Assembly: GCA_002352465.1 (NCBI GenBank)
Contig: DEIN01000008.1
Location: 64,564-128,563 of the forward strand
DNA: 64,000 nt
Source: Patescibacteria group bacterium UBA2773
GTDB taxonomy: Bacteria; Patescibacteriota; Minisyncoccia; Moranbacterales; DUUL01
Reading direction: 5' to 3'
The notes under the pieces: generated by a model
What the model was told of the DNA's origin: nothing
Database searches by the model: none
The model's input: only the letters and a program-made list of their open reading frames with translations
Shown: positions 24,560 through 36,430 of the stretch, piece after piece
How positions within the stretch are numbered: position 1 is the first letter of the stretch
How the letters are laid out: each line of letters starts with the position of its first letter
Program-made: the position numbers and the translations under genes

Positions 24560-25396
24560 ATGAAAACCAAAAAGATTCTTACAATCATAATAATCACTTA
24601 CAACTCTCAAAATTGCATTGAGAGTTGTTTGCAATCGATTAAAGTGCAAAATGTTCCAACGAATATTTTGATTATCGATAATAATTCGACTGATAAGACT
24701 TGGAGGAAACTGCAAACACTTAAAGCCTCTAATATTGATTTGATTAAGAACAAAGTTAATAGTGGATTTGCTCGAGCGGTTAATCAAGGCTTTAAATATT
24801 CTAATAAAAATTTTAAAAATTCTTTATTTTTATTGTTGAATCCTGATGCTGTTCTCGATGATTTTTGTCTAGCCAGGTTGATCGAGGCAATTGATTCAAA
24901 TCCAAAACTAGGACTTTGTTCACCAATCATTAAAAATCCTACAAATAATCAACTTATTTTTCAACAAGGCAAAATTGATTGGTGGCAGATGAGAACTCTC
25001 CATGTTGCCGCTAAAAGTCTCTCCTCGGATTATCTCACCGGTTGTTGTTTATTGATAAAAAAAGCTGTCATTGACAAAATAGATGGCTTTGATGAAAGAT
25101 TTTTTCTTTATTATGAAGACGCTGATTTTTGTTTAAGAGCTCGTCAAAATGGTTTCCAATTAAAAACTGTCTCGAAAGCAATTTGCTTTCACCAAGAATC
25201 TCAATCTTCTGATTCCGATACTAAAACTTATTATCTCGTCAAAAACGGCTTAATCTTTTTCCATAAACATTTTTCGCTACTAACCAAGCTTCTCTACTTC
25301 TGGCCGATTTTCTTCTTGCGTTTAATCTATCATCTGTTGATATCTCGCAAAAAAAACATTGTCCAAGCGTTCAAAGACTTCTATTTTAATAAATAA
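24560..25396 (+). CDS. Family 2 glycosyltransferase
   Basis: IIITYN, IDNNSTD, GFARAVNQG, LLNPD, FDERFFLYYEDADFC. Confidence 0.9.
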   Translation: MKTKKILTIIIITYNSQNCIESCLQSIKVQNVPTNILIIDNNSTDKTWRKLQTLKASNIDLIKNKVNSGFARAVNQGFKYSNKNFKNSLFLLLNPDAVLDDFCLARLIEAIDSNPKLGLCSPIIKNPTNNQLIFQQGKIDWWQMRTLHVAAKSLSSDYLTGCCLLIKKAVIDKIDGFDERFFLYYEDADFCLRARQNGFQLKTVSKAICFHQESQSSDSDTKTYYLVKNGLIFFHKHFSLLTKLLYFWPIFFLRLIYHLLISRKKNIVQAFKDFYFNK

Positions 25397-25418
25397 TTTC
25401 ATTTTTAAACGTAAAAAA

Positions 25419-25448
25419 CCGGTGATGTATATCGAATACATCACCGGT
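25419..25448. terminator. Hairpin terminator
   Basis: CCGGTGATGTAT-atcga-ATACATCACCGG between convergent genes. Confidence 0.7.
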
Positions 25449-25456
25449 GGTTAAAA

Positions 25457-25708
25457 TCAAAAACAAATCAATTCTTCTGATTCGTTTTTCAAAAGTTTCG
25501 ATCCGTCGGAAAATCCAATGGCCATTGAATTTCCTTTCTCGTCCAAAATCCGCCACTTATCTTTAAGCGGCAAAAAATTTAAAAAATCTTCGATTGACAT
25601 TTCGCCAAGATTTTCTTTTCCCTGACGATAGAGAGACTTAACAGCCTCCGCAATATTATTTAATCCTGCTACCTTAGCTATCAATTCTTTCGCAAAATAT
25701 TTTTTCAT
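25457..25708 (-). CDS. Hypothetical orphan protein (start MKKYF)
   Basis: GGAGG immediately upstream of the ATG at 25708. Confidence 0.55.
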   Translation of the reverse strand: MKKYFAKELIAKVAGLNNIAEAVKSLYRQGKENLGEMSIEDFLNFLPLKDKWRILDEKGNSMAIGFSDGSKLLKNESEELICF

Positions 25709-25956
25709 TTTTCCTCCCAAAAAAATTAAAGTTAAGTGCCATTTGAAACTATTTATATAAATAACTAGACTCAAACGGCAATTAAATTATTTTCAGAAGA
25801 AAAAACAAATTTATAAAGAACTTTTAAGTAATTAAAATTAAAACATAGTTTTTCTATTTTGTCCAAAGCATTTTGATATTTTGGTTTTGTATTGCTTTTT
25901 AAATAAAATAAAAAATTAAAATTATCCAATTTTTTATTATGATAACCCAACAACTT

Positions 25957-26406
25957 TTATCGCATTCGGCGGCTGCCTCGACTTCTGAATTTTTTGGCTA
26001 GTTTAACTCGGGCTGATTGTTTATCAAGTTGAGAAAGCATCATTGCAAATTGATTTTCATCCATTGATTTTCGTTCGGATTGTTTGGCTTCAACTGCTCG
26101 TTTTCGAGCTTTTTCAGCTCGCTCAAGGTTGATTTCTTCGGCTCTTTCCGCGGTGTCAGCCAAAACAGTTAATTGATTAGCATGCAATTCCAAAAAACCT
26201 CCCGAGACCACCATTTCGGTTATTTTTCCTTTTTCTTTGGTAATTTCTAAAACACCTGGTGCTAAAGTCGTAATCAACGGAATATGATCGGGCAAAATTG
26301 TAATTACCCCACTTTCAGTTGGAATAGTAATTTTATCAATCTCCTTTTCCGCCACTAATTTTTCTTGGGTGGCAATCTTCAATTTAATCTTCTTTTGAAT
26401 GCTCAT
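25957..26406 (-). CDS. atpC: ATP synthase F1 epsilon subunit
   Basis: G.ITILPDHIPL, SGGFLE, VLADTAE. Confidence 0.93.
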   Translation of the reverse strand: MSIQKKIKLKIATQEKLVAEKEIDKITIPTESGVITILPDHIPLITTLAPGVLEITKEKGKITEMVVSGGFLELHANQLTVLADTAERAEEINLERAEKARKRAVEAKQSERKSMDENQFAMMLSQLDKQSARVKLAKKFRSRGSRRMR

Positions 26407-26477
26407 ATAAATATATAAATAATATTTTAAGTTTTTTATTTATCTGTGTTCTTCTATTAATTTTCAGATTAAATAAA

Positions 26478-26611
26478 TTTTGAATTTTAAATTTTAAATT
26501 TTAATTCAATGATTTAATTTATTAATTTTTAAACAACAAGCTTTGCTTGTGTTTTTTAAGAATTAAATAATTCAAAATTGATTCAAAATTCAAAATTTAA
26601 AATTCAAAATT
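26478..26611. repeat. 7-nt-periodic palindromic element
   Basis: (TTTTRAA)n ... CAAGCTTTGCTTG (26537-26549) ... (TTYAAAA)n. Confidence 0.7.
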
Positions 26612-26690
26612 AATCCCTCAATCTCACAATCAAAACTTAATGGTTTAAGTTTTGAAGAATGGTATTGATAAATTTTAAAATTTAAACTTT

Positions 26691-26717
26691 CTGGATTCCC
26701 GCCTCCGCGGGAATAAC
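26691..26717. repeat. Family B dRS3-like repeat
   Basis: CTGG-ATTCCC-GCCTCCGC-GGGAAT-AAC. Confidence 0.75.
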
Positions 26718-26831
26718 AAGATTAAATGCAAAATGAAAATCATAAAATATTGACAATCTAATCAAAATGTACTATGGTATAGTTTGAATTAATGAACAGC
26801 ACTTTAATTTAAAATTTAAAAGGAGAACTTC

Positions 26832-27116
26832 ATGGACAAGGTTAAAAAAAATACTGTAATCGAAGAAAAAAAAGCGGATCAAATCAAGAGCTCAAGGAAA
26901 AGATTTAGGATAGGAGTTTTTCTTTTGATTATAGGTCTTGCCTCAATATTCATCGTTTTATTAGGTTTAGGTTTGCACCCGATAAAACCTGAAGAATTCA
27001 CAACATTATTTCAAATAACCTTGTATTTATCAGCTTATATCGCCTCTTTAATCGCTGCTTGTTTATGCGTCTATTTAGGAGTTATTATTATCTCGGAAGA
27101 GATAATAAAGAAATAA
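26832..27116 (+). CDS. Two-TM orphan protein lying antisense between atpD and atpC
   Basis: Own TTGACA...TACTAT promoter (26751-26775), AAGGAG SD, terminator 27123-27164. Confidence 0.7.
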   Translation: MDKVKKNTVIEEKKADQIKSSRKRFRIGVFLLIIGLASIFIVLLGLGLHPIKPEEFTTLFQITLYLSAYIASLIAACLCVYLGVIIISEEIIKK

Positions 27117-27196
27117 TTGTTGAAAAGCCTGCAACCGAAACTTGGTTGCACGGCTTTTCTTTTTGTTAAATTTTGAATGTTCAAGATTTTTTTTCG

Positions 27197-27240
27197 TGGT
27201 TTCCCGAGGTTTGACCGCCGTTCCACTGCGGTCGGACCTC
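27197..27240. repeat. REP-like hairpin, family E copy 2
   Basis: TGGTTTCCCGAGGTTTGACCGC..GCGGTCGGACCTC. Confidence 0.65.
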
Positions 27241-27386
27241 TGTTTTTCTGAGTGTTTTTGTTATTACAAATGTATGTACATGTATACTTACTTTTATAAA
27301 TATGATTAATTTTGCACCCCCCCAAGGGCATCTTAAATTTCAAATTTTGAATTTCAATTCAATTTTAAATTATCTATTTTTAATTT

Positions 27387-27443
27387 CTGGATTCCCGCCA
27401 TACACCGTCGCTAAAGCTATGGCACACACGGCGCGGGAATGAC
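27387..27443. repeat. Family B dRS3-like repeat with nested CCGTCGCTAAAGCTATGGC insert
   Basis: CTGGATTCCCGCC[insert]GCGCGGGAATGAC. Confidence 0.7.
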
Positions 27444-27464
27444 AACACAAACAGAACATCTTTA

Positions 27465-27586
27465 GAGATTTTATTATTCAGATGCAGTTCGAGGCGAAAT
27501 TAATAATTTCGACGAGATGTATTAAGTTGATACATCGAGTCGGAATTATTGATTTCAACAAAGAAATGCGCTGAATAAAAAATCTC
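27465..27586. repeat. Family A long hairpin element
   Basis: GAGATTTTATTATTCAG...GATGTAT-loop-ATACATC...CTGAATAAAAAATCTC; 5 nt from the atpD stop. Confidence 0.75.
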
Positions 27587-27591
27587 AACGG

Positions 27592-29001
<1,410 letters not shown>

Positions 29002-29163
29002 TTATTTAGAGACTAGTGATCGCCGTCAAGGCGTTAAACAAAATTTTTAATTTTTGAATTTTATAAATAAATTCAAAACCTTAATTTTTAAACATTCTCG
29101 TCCGAAGCGTTTTGAATTTAAAAATTGAGATTTATTTAAAAATTATAAAATTAAAAATTATTT

Positions 29164-30150
29164 CTATTCCTCCATCGTCATCTTCCCCGACGTGATTTCT
29201 GCAATTTCTTGGGTAATTCCCATCTGACGTAGCTGATTATATGAATATTGCAGTTGTTCCATCATATCATTGGCAGTGTCAGTGGCATTTTTCATTGCTA
29301 ACATTCGAGCCGATTCTTTGGAGGCGTTTGATTCCAAAATTGCGTGATATAACTGCATCTCAATCAAACGAGGTAAAATATGGTCAATTACTTGCTTGGG
29401 TTCTGGTTCAATCTTATAATTAATTCCGTGCCATCGACTTTCAAGTTTTTCGATTCGCTCTTTCGGTGTGCCTTTTCTTTGTTCTTCAATTTCTTCAATT
29501 TGCTTTTCAATATCAACACTAGAAACTGGCAATAACTGTCTTAATCGAGGAATTTGCTTGATAGTATTAACATAATCAGTATAAGCCACTACTACTTTGT
29601 CGTATTTGCCCAAAGTGTAATCATCCATCACAATTTTGGCTAAAGACCGGACATTCTCCAAGCTTGGATTATAATTAAATTTTTCAAATAAAGCTGAAAC
29701 TTCATAATCCCTACAATTTAGAAAATCAAATCCTTTTTTTCCAACAGTGATAAATTCAAAATTTAAATCCTTGTTGTTCACTTTGGATGGGATTTTTTTA
29801 TCTTTAATTCGATTGACTTTGATTAAATCAGGATTTTTAACCTGCTCCATTACTTTCTTGATTAGCTGAGAATTAAAACTTCCGCACAGACCTCGATTGG
29901 AAGTAATCATCACCACTAAAATATTTTTGACTTCCCTGACTTCTAATAAACCATGTCGAGACCGTTTCAAACTCTTTGACAAGTTCATCAAAACATTCCA
30001 AGCCGATTGAGCATAGTTTCTGATCGCTAAGACATTAGCAATTTCTTTTTTCATTTTCGCAGCTGACACCATTTCCATTGCTCGAGTGATTTTTCGAGTA
30101 TTATTAATGGATTTGATTCGTCTTTGAATTTCTTTGGTTCCTTTGGCCAT
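29164..30150 (-). CDS. atpG: ATP synthase F1 gamma subunit
   Basis: KITRAMEMVS, RGLCGSFN, RQMGITQEI. Confidence 0.96.
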   Translation of the reverse strand: MAKGTKEIQRRIKSINNTRKITRAMEMVSAAKMKKEIANVLAIRNYAQSAWNVLMNLSKSLKRSRHGLLEVREVKNILVVMITSNRGLCGSFNSQLIKKVMEQVKNPDLIKVNRIKDKKIPSKVNNKDLNFEFITVGKKGFDFLNCRDYEVSALFEKFNYNPSLENVRSLAKIVMDDYTLGKYDKVVVAYTDYVNTIKQIPRLRQLLPVSSVDIEKQIEEIEEQRKGTPKERIEKLESRWHGINYKIEPEPKQVIDHILPRLIEMQLYHAILESNASKESARMLAMKNATDTANDMMEQLQYSYNQLRQMGITQEIAEITSGKMTMEE

Positions 30151-30230
30151 AACAATTACATGTTAAATAAAAAAATTTAAATTAAACGATATTTCTCTTG
30201 TCAATCAAAATTAAAATCATTGAATAATTT

Positions 30231-30376
30231 CCAAGACACAAGAGACAATATACAAACAAATCTCAAATTATAAATTAAAAATCTCAAGTTTCAAAAGCCG
30301 CAGGCTTTTATTTTTTAATTTAACTTTTTTAATTTTTAATTTGTTTGTTTCTTGCGTCCTTATTTCTTGTATCTTA
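30231..30376. repeat. 7-nt-periodic palindromic element (CAAGANA / TNTCTTG type)
   Basis: CAAGACACAAGAGACAA...TTGTTTGTTTCTTGCGTCCTTATTTCTTGTATCTT. Confidence 0.6.
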
Positions 30377-30388
30377 TGCCTTTTCTAA

Positions 30389-31924
30389 CTATTTTTCATC
30401 ACTTTCGGACTCAATTGTTCCTTTAAAGTCTTCTACGATTTTCTTGATTTTCTTTTCTAAGGCTTCATCGAAGTCTTTTTTCTTGGATAATTCTTTCAAA
30501 ATATCGCTACCAACATCTTTGAAATATTTCAACAAATCGGTTTCTATTTTTCGGATACAATTAACTTCAACATTATCGAAATAACCATTATTCAAAGACC
30601 ACATTGAAACTACTTGTTCTTCCATCGATAACGGTGAATATTGATCTTGTTTCAAAATTTCTCGAGTTCTAAAGCCTCGATTGATTTTTTGTTGAGTTTG
30701 TTCGTCCAATTCTGAGCCAAACTTCGTGAATGCTTCAAGCTCCCTGAATTGGGCTAATTCCAATTTGACTTTTCCAGCCACTTTTTTAATCGCTTTGGTT
30801 TGAGCAGATGACCCAACTCGAGAAACTGAAAGCCCCACATTAATGGCTGGTTTAATTCCTTGATAGAAAAGATCGGCTTCCAAAAAGATTTGTCCATCCG
30901 TAATTGAAATCACGTTGGTTGGGATGTAGGCGGAAAGGTCACCAGCTTGAGTTTCAATTATCGGCAAAGCAGTCATTGATCCATTTCCGTAATCCTTATT
31001 TAATTTAGCTGCTCGTTCCAAAAGTCTGGAATGGAGATAGAAAACATCTCCAGGATAGGCTTCTCGTCCTGGCGGTCGTTTCAATAAAAGTGAAATTTGT
31101 CGATAAGAAACCGCGTGTTTTGATAAATCATCGAAAACAATCAGAACGTCTTTGCCTTGATCCATAAAATATTCTCCGATTGTGCATCCCGCATAAGGAG
31201 CAATGAATGAATAAGCCACTGGATCGGAAGCCCCCGCCACAATCACAATAGTGTGTTTCATTGCGTTATGTTCTTCTAATTTTTTCACGATTTGAGCAAT
31301 TTTAGATTTCTTTTGGCCAATTGCCACATAAATACAAATCATATCTTGTCCTTTTTGATTGATAATGGCATCAATTGCAATAGCGGTTTTTCCAGTTTGT
31401 CGATCGCCAATAATCAGCTCTCGTTGTCCTCTCCCGACTGGAATCATAGCATCAAGAGCTTTTATCCCGGTTTGAACTGGTTCATTTACTCCTGCCCTAG
31501 TAATCACTCCTGGAGCAATTTTTTCAATTGGATAGGTTTCAGTAACTTCAAAAGCGTCTTTTCCGTCGATGGCTTCTCCAATTGGATTAATTACTCGTCC
31601 AATCATTTTTTCACTAGCTGGAACTGAAAGCACTTTTCCCAAAGAAACTGCTGTATCGCCTTCTCGAACTTTCTCGATATTTCCAATCACGATTGCTCCG
31701 ACATTGCCTTCTTCTAGATTCATAATCACTCCATAAACATCAGAATCTTTTCCGTCAGTGCTTTCAAATTTAATCATTTCCGACATCATCGCTTCGTCCA
31801 AACCAATGATTTTAGCTACTCCATCGCCAACTTCAATCACTCGACCAATTTTTTTGGTTTCAAGATCAACGTCAGCATTTAAAATTTGTTTTTTTAAATT
31901 TTCAATAATGTAATCTTTATTCAT
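30389..31924 (-). CDS. atpA: ATP synthase F1 alpha subunit (start taken at MNKDY, 31924)
   Basis: VGDGVA, GDRQTGKT, PPGREAYPGDVFYLHSRLLER. Confidence 0.97.
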   Translation of the reverse strand: MNKDYIIENLKKQILNADVDLETKKIGRVIEVGDGVAKIIGLDEAMMSEMIKFESTDGKDSDVYGVIMNLEEGNVGAIVIGNIEKVREGDTAVSLGKVLSVPASEKMIGRVINPIGEAIDGKDAFEVTETYPIEKIAPGVITRAGVNEPVQTGIKALDAMIPVGRGQRELIIGDRQTGKTAIAIDAIINQKGQDMICIYVAIGQKKSKIAQIVKKLEEHNAMKHTIVIVAGASDPVAYSFIAPYAGCTIGEYFMDQGKDVLIVFDDLSKHAVSYRQISLLLKRPPGREAYPGDVFYLHSRLLERAAKLNKDYGNGSMTALPIIETQAGDLSAYIPTNVISITDGQIFLEADLFYQGIKPAINVGLSVSRVGSSAQTKAIKKVAGKVKLELAQFRELEAFTKFGSELDEQTQQKINRGFRTREILKQDQYSPLSMEEQVVSMWSLNNGYFDNVEVNCIRKIETDLLKYFKDVGSDILKELSKKKDFDEALEKKIKKIVEDFKGTIESESDEK

Positions 31925-32455
31925 AGATTTAATTAAAAGCTTAAAGTATAAAGTTAAAAGTTTAGGAATTTTACTACGCAAAATCTTTCTAATCTAGTCT
32001 TATTCAAAACACTCAATGTTAAACTCAATATTTACAAACATTTTGAAAATTATCTTAGGAAAATTGGGGAGAAAAACATTGATTTCTCCTCTTGTTAAAT
32101 TATTTGTTCTTTTTAATGTTCCCAAGGTTTCTTCACTGGAATATAAAAAAGAATAAAGATATAAACCAATGAACCAAATAACCACAATAAAAATAAAACA
32201 TCTTTTATATTTGACCTCCTCTCAAAAATGAAATATTAGCTTTCCTAAAATAATTTTTCAAAAAACTGCTGGAAAATAATCAATCTTCAATATTCAATAT
32301 TCATTCAATAAACAATAAACTAATATTCAATTTACTATTTACTATTTAATGAATGTTTTGAAATTGAAAATTCTATATCAAAGATTAATTTAAACAACTA
32401 CGTTGAATTTATAATTTGTAATTTGTAAACAATTTATAAATTATAAATTTTTGGG

Positions 32456-32863
32456 TTACCCAACAAGCGCTTTTTTAACACGATTAATTCGACTATCCAA
32501 ACTTCCGTCATATATTTCATTCTCAAATTTCACTATAAATCCGCCTTTTAAATTGTCGTCAATTTCATTTTTTAAATTAATTAATTTCTTTGAAACGTCC
32601 TTTTTGACTGCAATCGCTTGTTGAATTTCTTTTAATTCTTTTTCTTCTAATTTCCAAGCGCTACAAATCACGCCTTCCAATTTTCCAGATTCTCTTTTCT
32701 TGATAATTTGATATCGAGCCTCAATGTCTGCCATTTTTGCCGTAGCGCCATTTTGTTTAATCAAAGTAGCAATGCCTTTGATTAAGGCCTTTCGCTCGTT
32801 TTCGCTCGAAGTTTTGAAAGCTTCGTGTAATAATTTGGCATATTGTTCGCTAGTTGCTTTCAT
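32456..32863 (-). CDS. atpH: ATP synthase delta subunit (short form)
   Basis: QYAK.L, D..LKGGFIV, YDGSL; operon position. Confidence 0.85.
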   Translation of the reverse strand: MKATSEQYAKLLHEAFKTSSENERKALIKGIATLIKQNGATAKMADIEARYQIIKKRESGKLEGVICSAWKLEEKELKEIQQAIAVKKDVSKKLINLKNEIDDNLKGGFIVKFENEIYDGSLDSRINRVKKALVG

Positions 32864-32910
32864 ATATATTATATCTCTAGTTAATTTGATTGATTACATT
32901 CCAGTATATA

Positions 32911-33030
32911 GAAGTTTCTTTTTTTGAGTGCAATTCGAGAAAAACCTGAGCAACGAGCAAGATGTATTAAATGAAACATCGAGCGAGTGGTAGAAGGTTC
33001 GACAAAGGAATGCACCAGAAATGGAAATTC
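32911..33030. repeat. Family A long hairpin element
   Basis: GTGCAATTCGAG...GATGT-loop-ACATCGAG...TTCGACAAAGGAATGCAC; touches the atpF stop. Confidence 0.75.
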
Positions 33031-33533
33031 TAACTTTTCTTAATTTTGGAGATAGCGTTGTTAATTATTTTTTTGTCGGTTTCCTTGTCTTGCTTTTTAT
33101 CTAAAACTTTTTCCAAAGCCAAGCCAGTTAATTCCCCAATTTCCTGTCTGACTTCTTTAATCATTTTTTCTTTTTCAATTTCAATCGTTTTTTTGGTTTC
33201 AATCATAATGTCATCGGCTTCATGTTTAGCCTTTTCCAGAATAATTGCCTTATTCTTCTCTGCCATTTTTTGCATTTTTTCCAAAATCTCCCGAGCTTCC
33301 TTTTTGGCTTCTTTGATTTTTTCATTTCTAGTTTTTTCGGCTTTTTCCAATTGCTCTTGGGAGGATTGAGCATCCTTCAAACCTTTTTCAATTTTTCCAG
33401 TCCGCTCATTCATCGTTTTCAAAAGTGGTTTATAAACCAATTTATATAGAACAACTAGTACGATAGTGAAATTTATCAACTGAGCAATCAGCAATTTAAT
33501 ATCTAAATGAAAAGCTTCGATTATTCCATCCAT
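33030..33533 (-). CDS. atpF: ATP synthase F0 b subunit
   Basis: QLINF, YKPLL...ER...IE. Confidence 0.93.
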   Translation of the reverse strand: MDGIIEAFHLDIKLLIAQLINFTIVLVVLYKLVYKPLLKTMNERTGKIEKGLKDAQSSQEQLEKAEKTRNEKIKEAKKEAREILEKMQKMAEKNKAIILEKAKHEADDIMIETKKTIEIEKEKMIKEVRQEIGELTGLALEKVLDKKQDKETDKKIINNAISKIKKS

Positions 33534-33750
33534 AACAATTTTTTTAAAAAAATTAATTTTGAATTTTAAATTTTAAATTTTAATTCAATTTAGAATGTTT
33601 TAATTTTTCAATTTTTAAACATTCTCTAATGGAACATTCTAAACTTGAAAATTAGGATTTATTCAAAATTTAAAATTATCAATTCTCTCTAAGCTCTACC
33701 TTTAGAAAAGATAAAGCCTAAGAAAATTCAAATAATTGCCTTACGACAAA

Positions 33751-33996
<246 letters not shown>

Positions 33997-34020
33997 TTAT
34001 TAATTAGTTATTAGTTAGAA

Positions 34021-34112
34021 AGTCTTTAAAGTTTGTAAAGTTGAAAGTTTTTTAGATTCAAGAACAACTTGCAATTAAAAAACTTTATGAACTTTATAAA
34101 CTTTATGAACCT
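34021..34112. repeat. 9-nt-periodic palindromic element
   Basis: TAAAGTTTG-TAAAGTTG ... AACTTTATG-AACTTTATA-AACTTTATG. Confidence 0.6.
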
Positions 34113-34190
34113 TTCAACCAAATGACTTATCCTAGATTTCTATTTTTGAGTGCAGTCCGAGGAAAATCTTAAATCATAAATCTTTGGACT

Positions 34191-34314
34191 TCAGAAATTT
34201 AAAATTTAGTACAATTCAAGGAAAACTTGAGCAACGAGCGAGATGTATTAGATAATACATCGAGCGAGTGGCAGAAAATTTGACGAAGAAATGGGCTGAA
34301 TTTTAAATTCCTGA
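34191..34314. repeat. Family A long hairpin element (plus a partial copy at 34137-34175)
   Basis: TCAG(A/G)AATTTAAAATT termini, GAGATGTATTA-gat-AATACATCGAG apex; abuts the atpB stop. Confidence 0.75.
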
Positions 34315-35190
34315 CTAGTGTTCGGCAGTGACGGACATAGAAAGGAAGACGAGAGTAAGTATCGAAAAAACCGCTGCCTGCACCACTCCCACTAGAACTT
34401 CTAAAAAGAAAAATGGGATTGGTAGGATGAACGCAAAAATCATGGCCATCGAGGCCAGCAAAACTTCTCCAGCAAAAATATTTCCAAAAAGTCGTAGCGA
34501 CAGAGACATTATTTTGGCAATCTCACCCACAATTTCCATAAATCCTACAAAAAATTTTACCGGATTGATAAACGCGACATTTTTGTCTTCTTTGAATTTT
34601 CTAGGAATTTCCAAAAGAGTTTCAATGTTGATAAATTTGTTAAAATGTTTCCAAGCGCCAATCGTGAAAACCCCGATAAAGTGGCTAAAAAACACGGCGA
34701 ACAAAGCTAAAGCCAAAGTCATATTCAAATCAGCGGTTCCACCTCTGAAAAATGGAATAAAAGCATTGTGTCCTTCGTGCATTTCATAGAAACCGATTGT
34801 TCCGATTATTGGTAAAAGACCAAACCAATTATTGAGTAAGATAAAAAGAAAAAAGGCCAAAGCAACTGGCAATAATTTTTCAGAAGTTTTTCGGTCTCTG
34901 GTAATGGTATCGGCAAAATTCAAACCACCCTCTAAAATCATTTCAGCAAAATTTTGCAAACCTTTTGGAATTTGTCGTATTTTTTTTCTGACTAAAATAA
35001 AAGCGACAACTAAAAATAGTGTCACTGAAAGACTACTAAAGAACGCATTAGTTATTTTAAAATTCCCTATTTGAAAAATTGGTTCAGCGTAGATAGTTGG
35101 TTCATGAGCAACTTCGGTTTGAGTTTCTTGATGAACGTTTGATGGTTGGGTTTGAGTTTCAACTGCTTGAGTCGTTTTGACTTCTGACAT
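34315..35190 (-). CDS. atpB: ATP synthase F0 a subunit
   Basis: NWFGLLP, TADLN, SLSLRLFGNIFAGE, QAAVF. Confidence 0.96.
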   Translation of the reverse strand: MSEVKTTQAVETQTQPSNVHQETQTEVAHEPTIYAEPIFQIGNFKITNAFFSSLSVTLFLVVAFILVRKKIRQIPKGLQNFAEMILEGGLNFADTITRDRKTSEKLLPVALAFFLFILLNNWFGLLPIIGTIGFYEMHEGHNAFIPFFRGGTADLNMTLALALFAVFFSHFIGVFTIGAWKHFNKFINIETLLEIPRKFKEDKNVAFINPVKFFVGFMEIVGEIAKIMSLSLRLFGNIFAGEVLLASMAMIFAFILPIPFFFLEVLVGVVQAAVFSILTLVFLSMSVTAEH

Positions 35191-35294
35191 TTTTGTTGAT
35201 TATCTTTATAGGTAATTTAAATTATCCAAACACCAAAAGCAATCCTACTCCCATTTTAGGAAAAAGAAATTAATTAGTATTCGGAAACAATCTT

Positions 35295-35534
35295 TTACTT
35301 TAACTTTTTGATGGCTCCAAGAGCCTCTCTAACTATTCCAACGCAAGTAATTATAAACGCAATTCCTACGGAAGTCAAGACGAAAAAAAAGCCGGTCTGA
35401 AACTTCTCGTCCAGCCAACTTCCAAACAATAAAGCCAAAATAATTGGTCCAACAATCCAACCAGAGACGATGGTGAACATTTTGGTGGCTTTGGCCCAAT
35501 CTTGGGTCAGCTCTTTGTTATTCTTGTCTGGCAT
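35295..35534 (-). CDS. AtpZ/AtpI-like protein
   Basis: Two TM helices, G.WLD motif, first gene of the atp operon. Confidence 0.8.
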   Translation of the reverse strand: MPDKNNKELTQDWAKATKMFTIVSGWIVGPIILALLFGSWLDEKFQTGFFFVLTSVGIAFIITCVGIVREALGAIKKLK

Positions 35535-35640
35535 ATTTTTTTAAATTTTATAATTTTATAATTTTATAAATAATTTTTAATCTCTAATTTTCAAACAACA
35601 AGCTTCGCTTGTATTTTTTAAAAAAATTAAAATTGAGCTC

Positions 35641-35667
35641 CTGGATTCCCGCCTCCCCGGGAATGAC
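35641..35667. repeat. Family B dRS3-like repeat
   Basis: CTGG-ATTCCC-GCCTCCCC-GGGAAT-GAC. Confidence 0.75.
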
Positions 35668-35676
35668 AATGTAAAA

Positions 35677-36273
35677 TTATATTATCTTATTCTCCTCCAA
35701 ACAATTTTTAACTTTTTGGAAAATCTTTTCGTGGCCTTGGGCGTTGGGATGAACTCCATCAAAAAGTTCATTTTTCTTTAATAATCCTTGTATTGGAATA
35801 AAAATTATGTTTTTTTCTTGACAAAAAATTTTTATCGCTGTGTCGTATTTTTTCAATTCCTTATTGTAATAATAAAGATTTTCGTTCCATTCAACTGGGG
35901 TGGAATATTTTTCGTCGACATCCAAACAGCCGAGAAAAACAATTTCGGAAGTGAATTTTTCAGATATTTTAAAAATAGCTTCTATGTTTTTTCTAAAGAT
36001 TTTAATCTCAATCCTAGATTCTCCATTTTCAATTCCAGCATCGTTGACACCAATACTAAAAATTATGACCTTTACTTTTCTTAATTTAACCTCGTTTTCA
36101 ATTCTTTCTAACAAATCAAAGCTGGTATCGCCCGAAATACCTAAATTAAAAATTGGCTTGTCTTCATCTTTTCTCAAAGAAAAAAGATTCAGCCTATTCG
36201 CCCAACCACCTTTTTCGAGGTCATAATATCCTTGAGCGATGCTATCTCCGAAAATACAAATTTTTTTAGACAT
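35677..36273 (-). CDS. SGNH/GDSL hydrolase
   Basis: FGDSIA, NLGISG, GVND, DGVHPN. Confidence 0.92.
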   Translation of the reverse strand: MSKKICIFGDSIAQGYYDLEKGGWANRLNLFSLRKDEDKPIFNLGISGDTSFDLLERIENEVKLRKVKVIIFSIGVNDAGIENGESRIEIKIFRKNIEAIFKISEKFTSEIVFLGCLDVDEKYSTPVEWNENLYYYNKELKKYDTAIKIFCQEKNIIFIPIQGLLKKNELFDGVHPNAQGHEKIFQKVKNCLEENKII

Positions 36274-36296
36274 ACGAAATTTTATAAATAAAATTT

Positions 36297-36430
36297 AATT
36301 TTCAATTCGCAATTTTCAATTTACATTGAATTTTCAATGATTTAATTTTCAAACTCAAACAAGCGAAGCTTGTCATTGAAAATTTTTAAATTGAAAATTG
36401 ATTAAAAATTGTAAATTGAAAATTGAAAAT
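36297..36430. repeat. 7-nt-periodic palindromic element abutting the lepA stop
   Basis: (ATTTTCA)-like left arm, CAAGCGAAGCTTG core (36360-36372), (TTGAAAA)n right arm. Confidence 0.7.
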
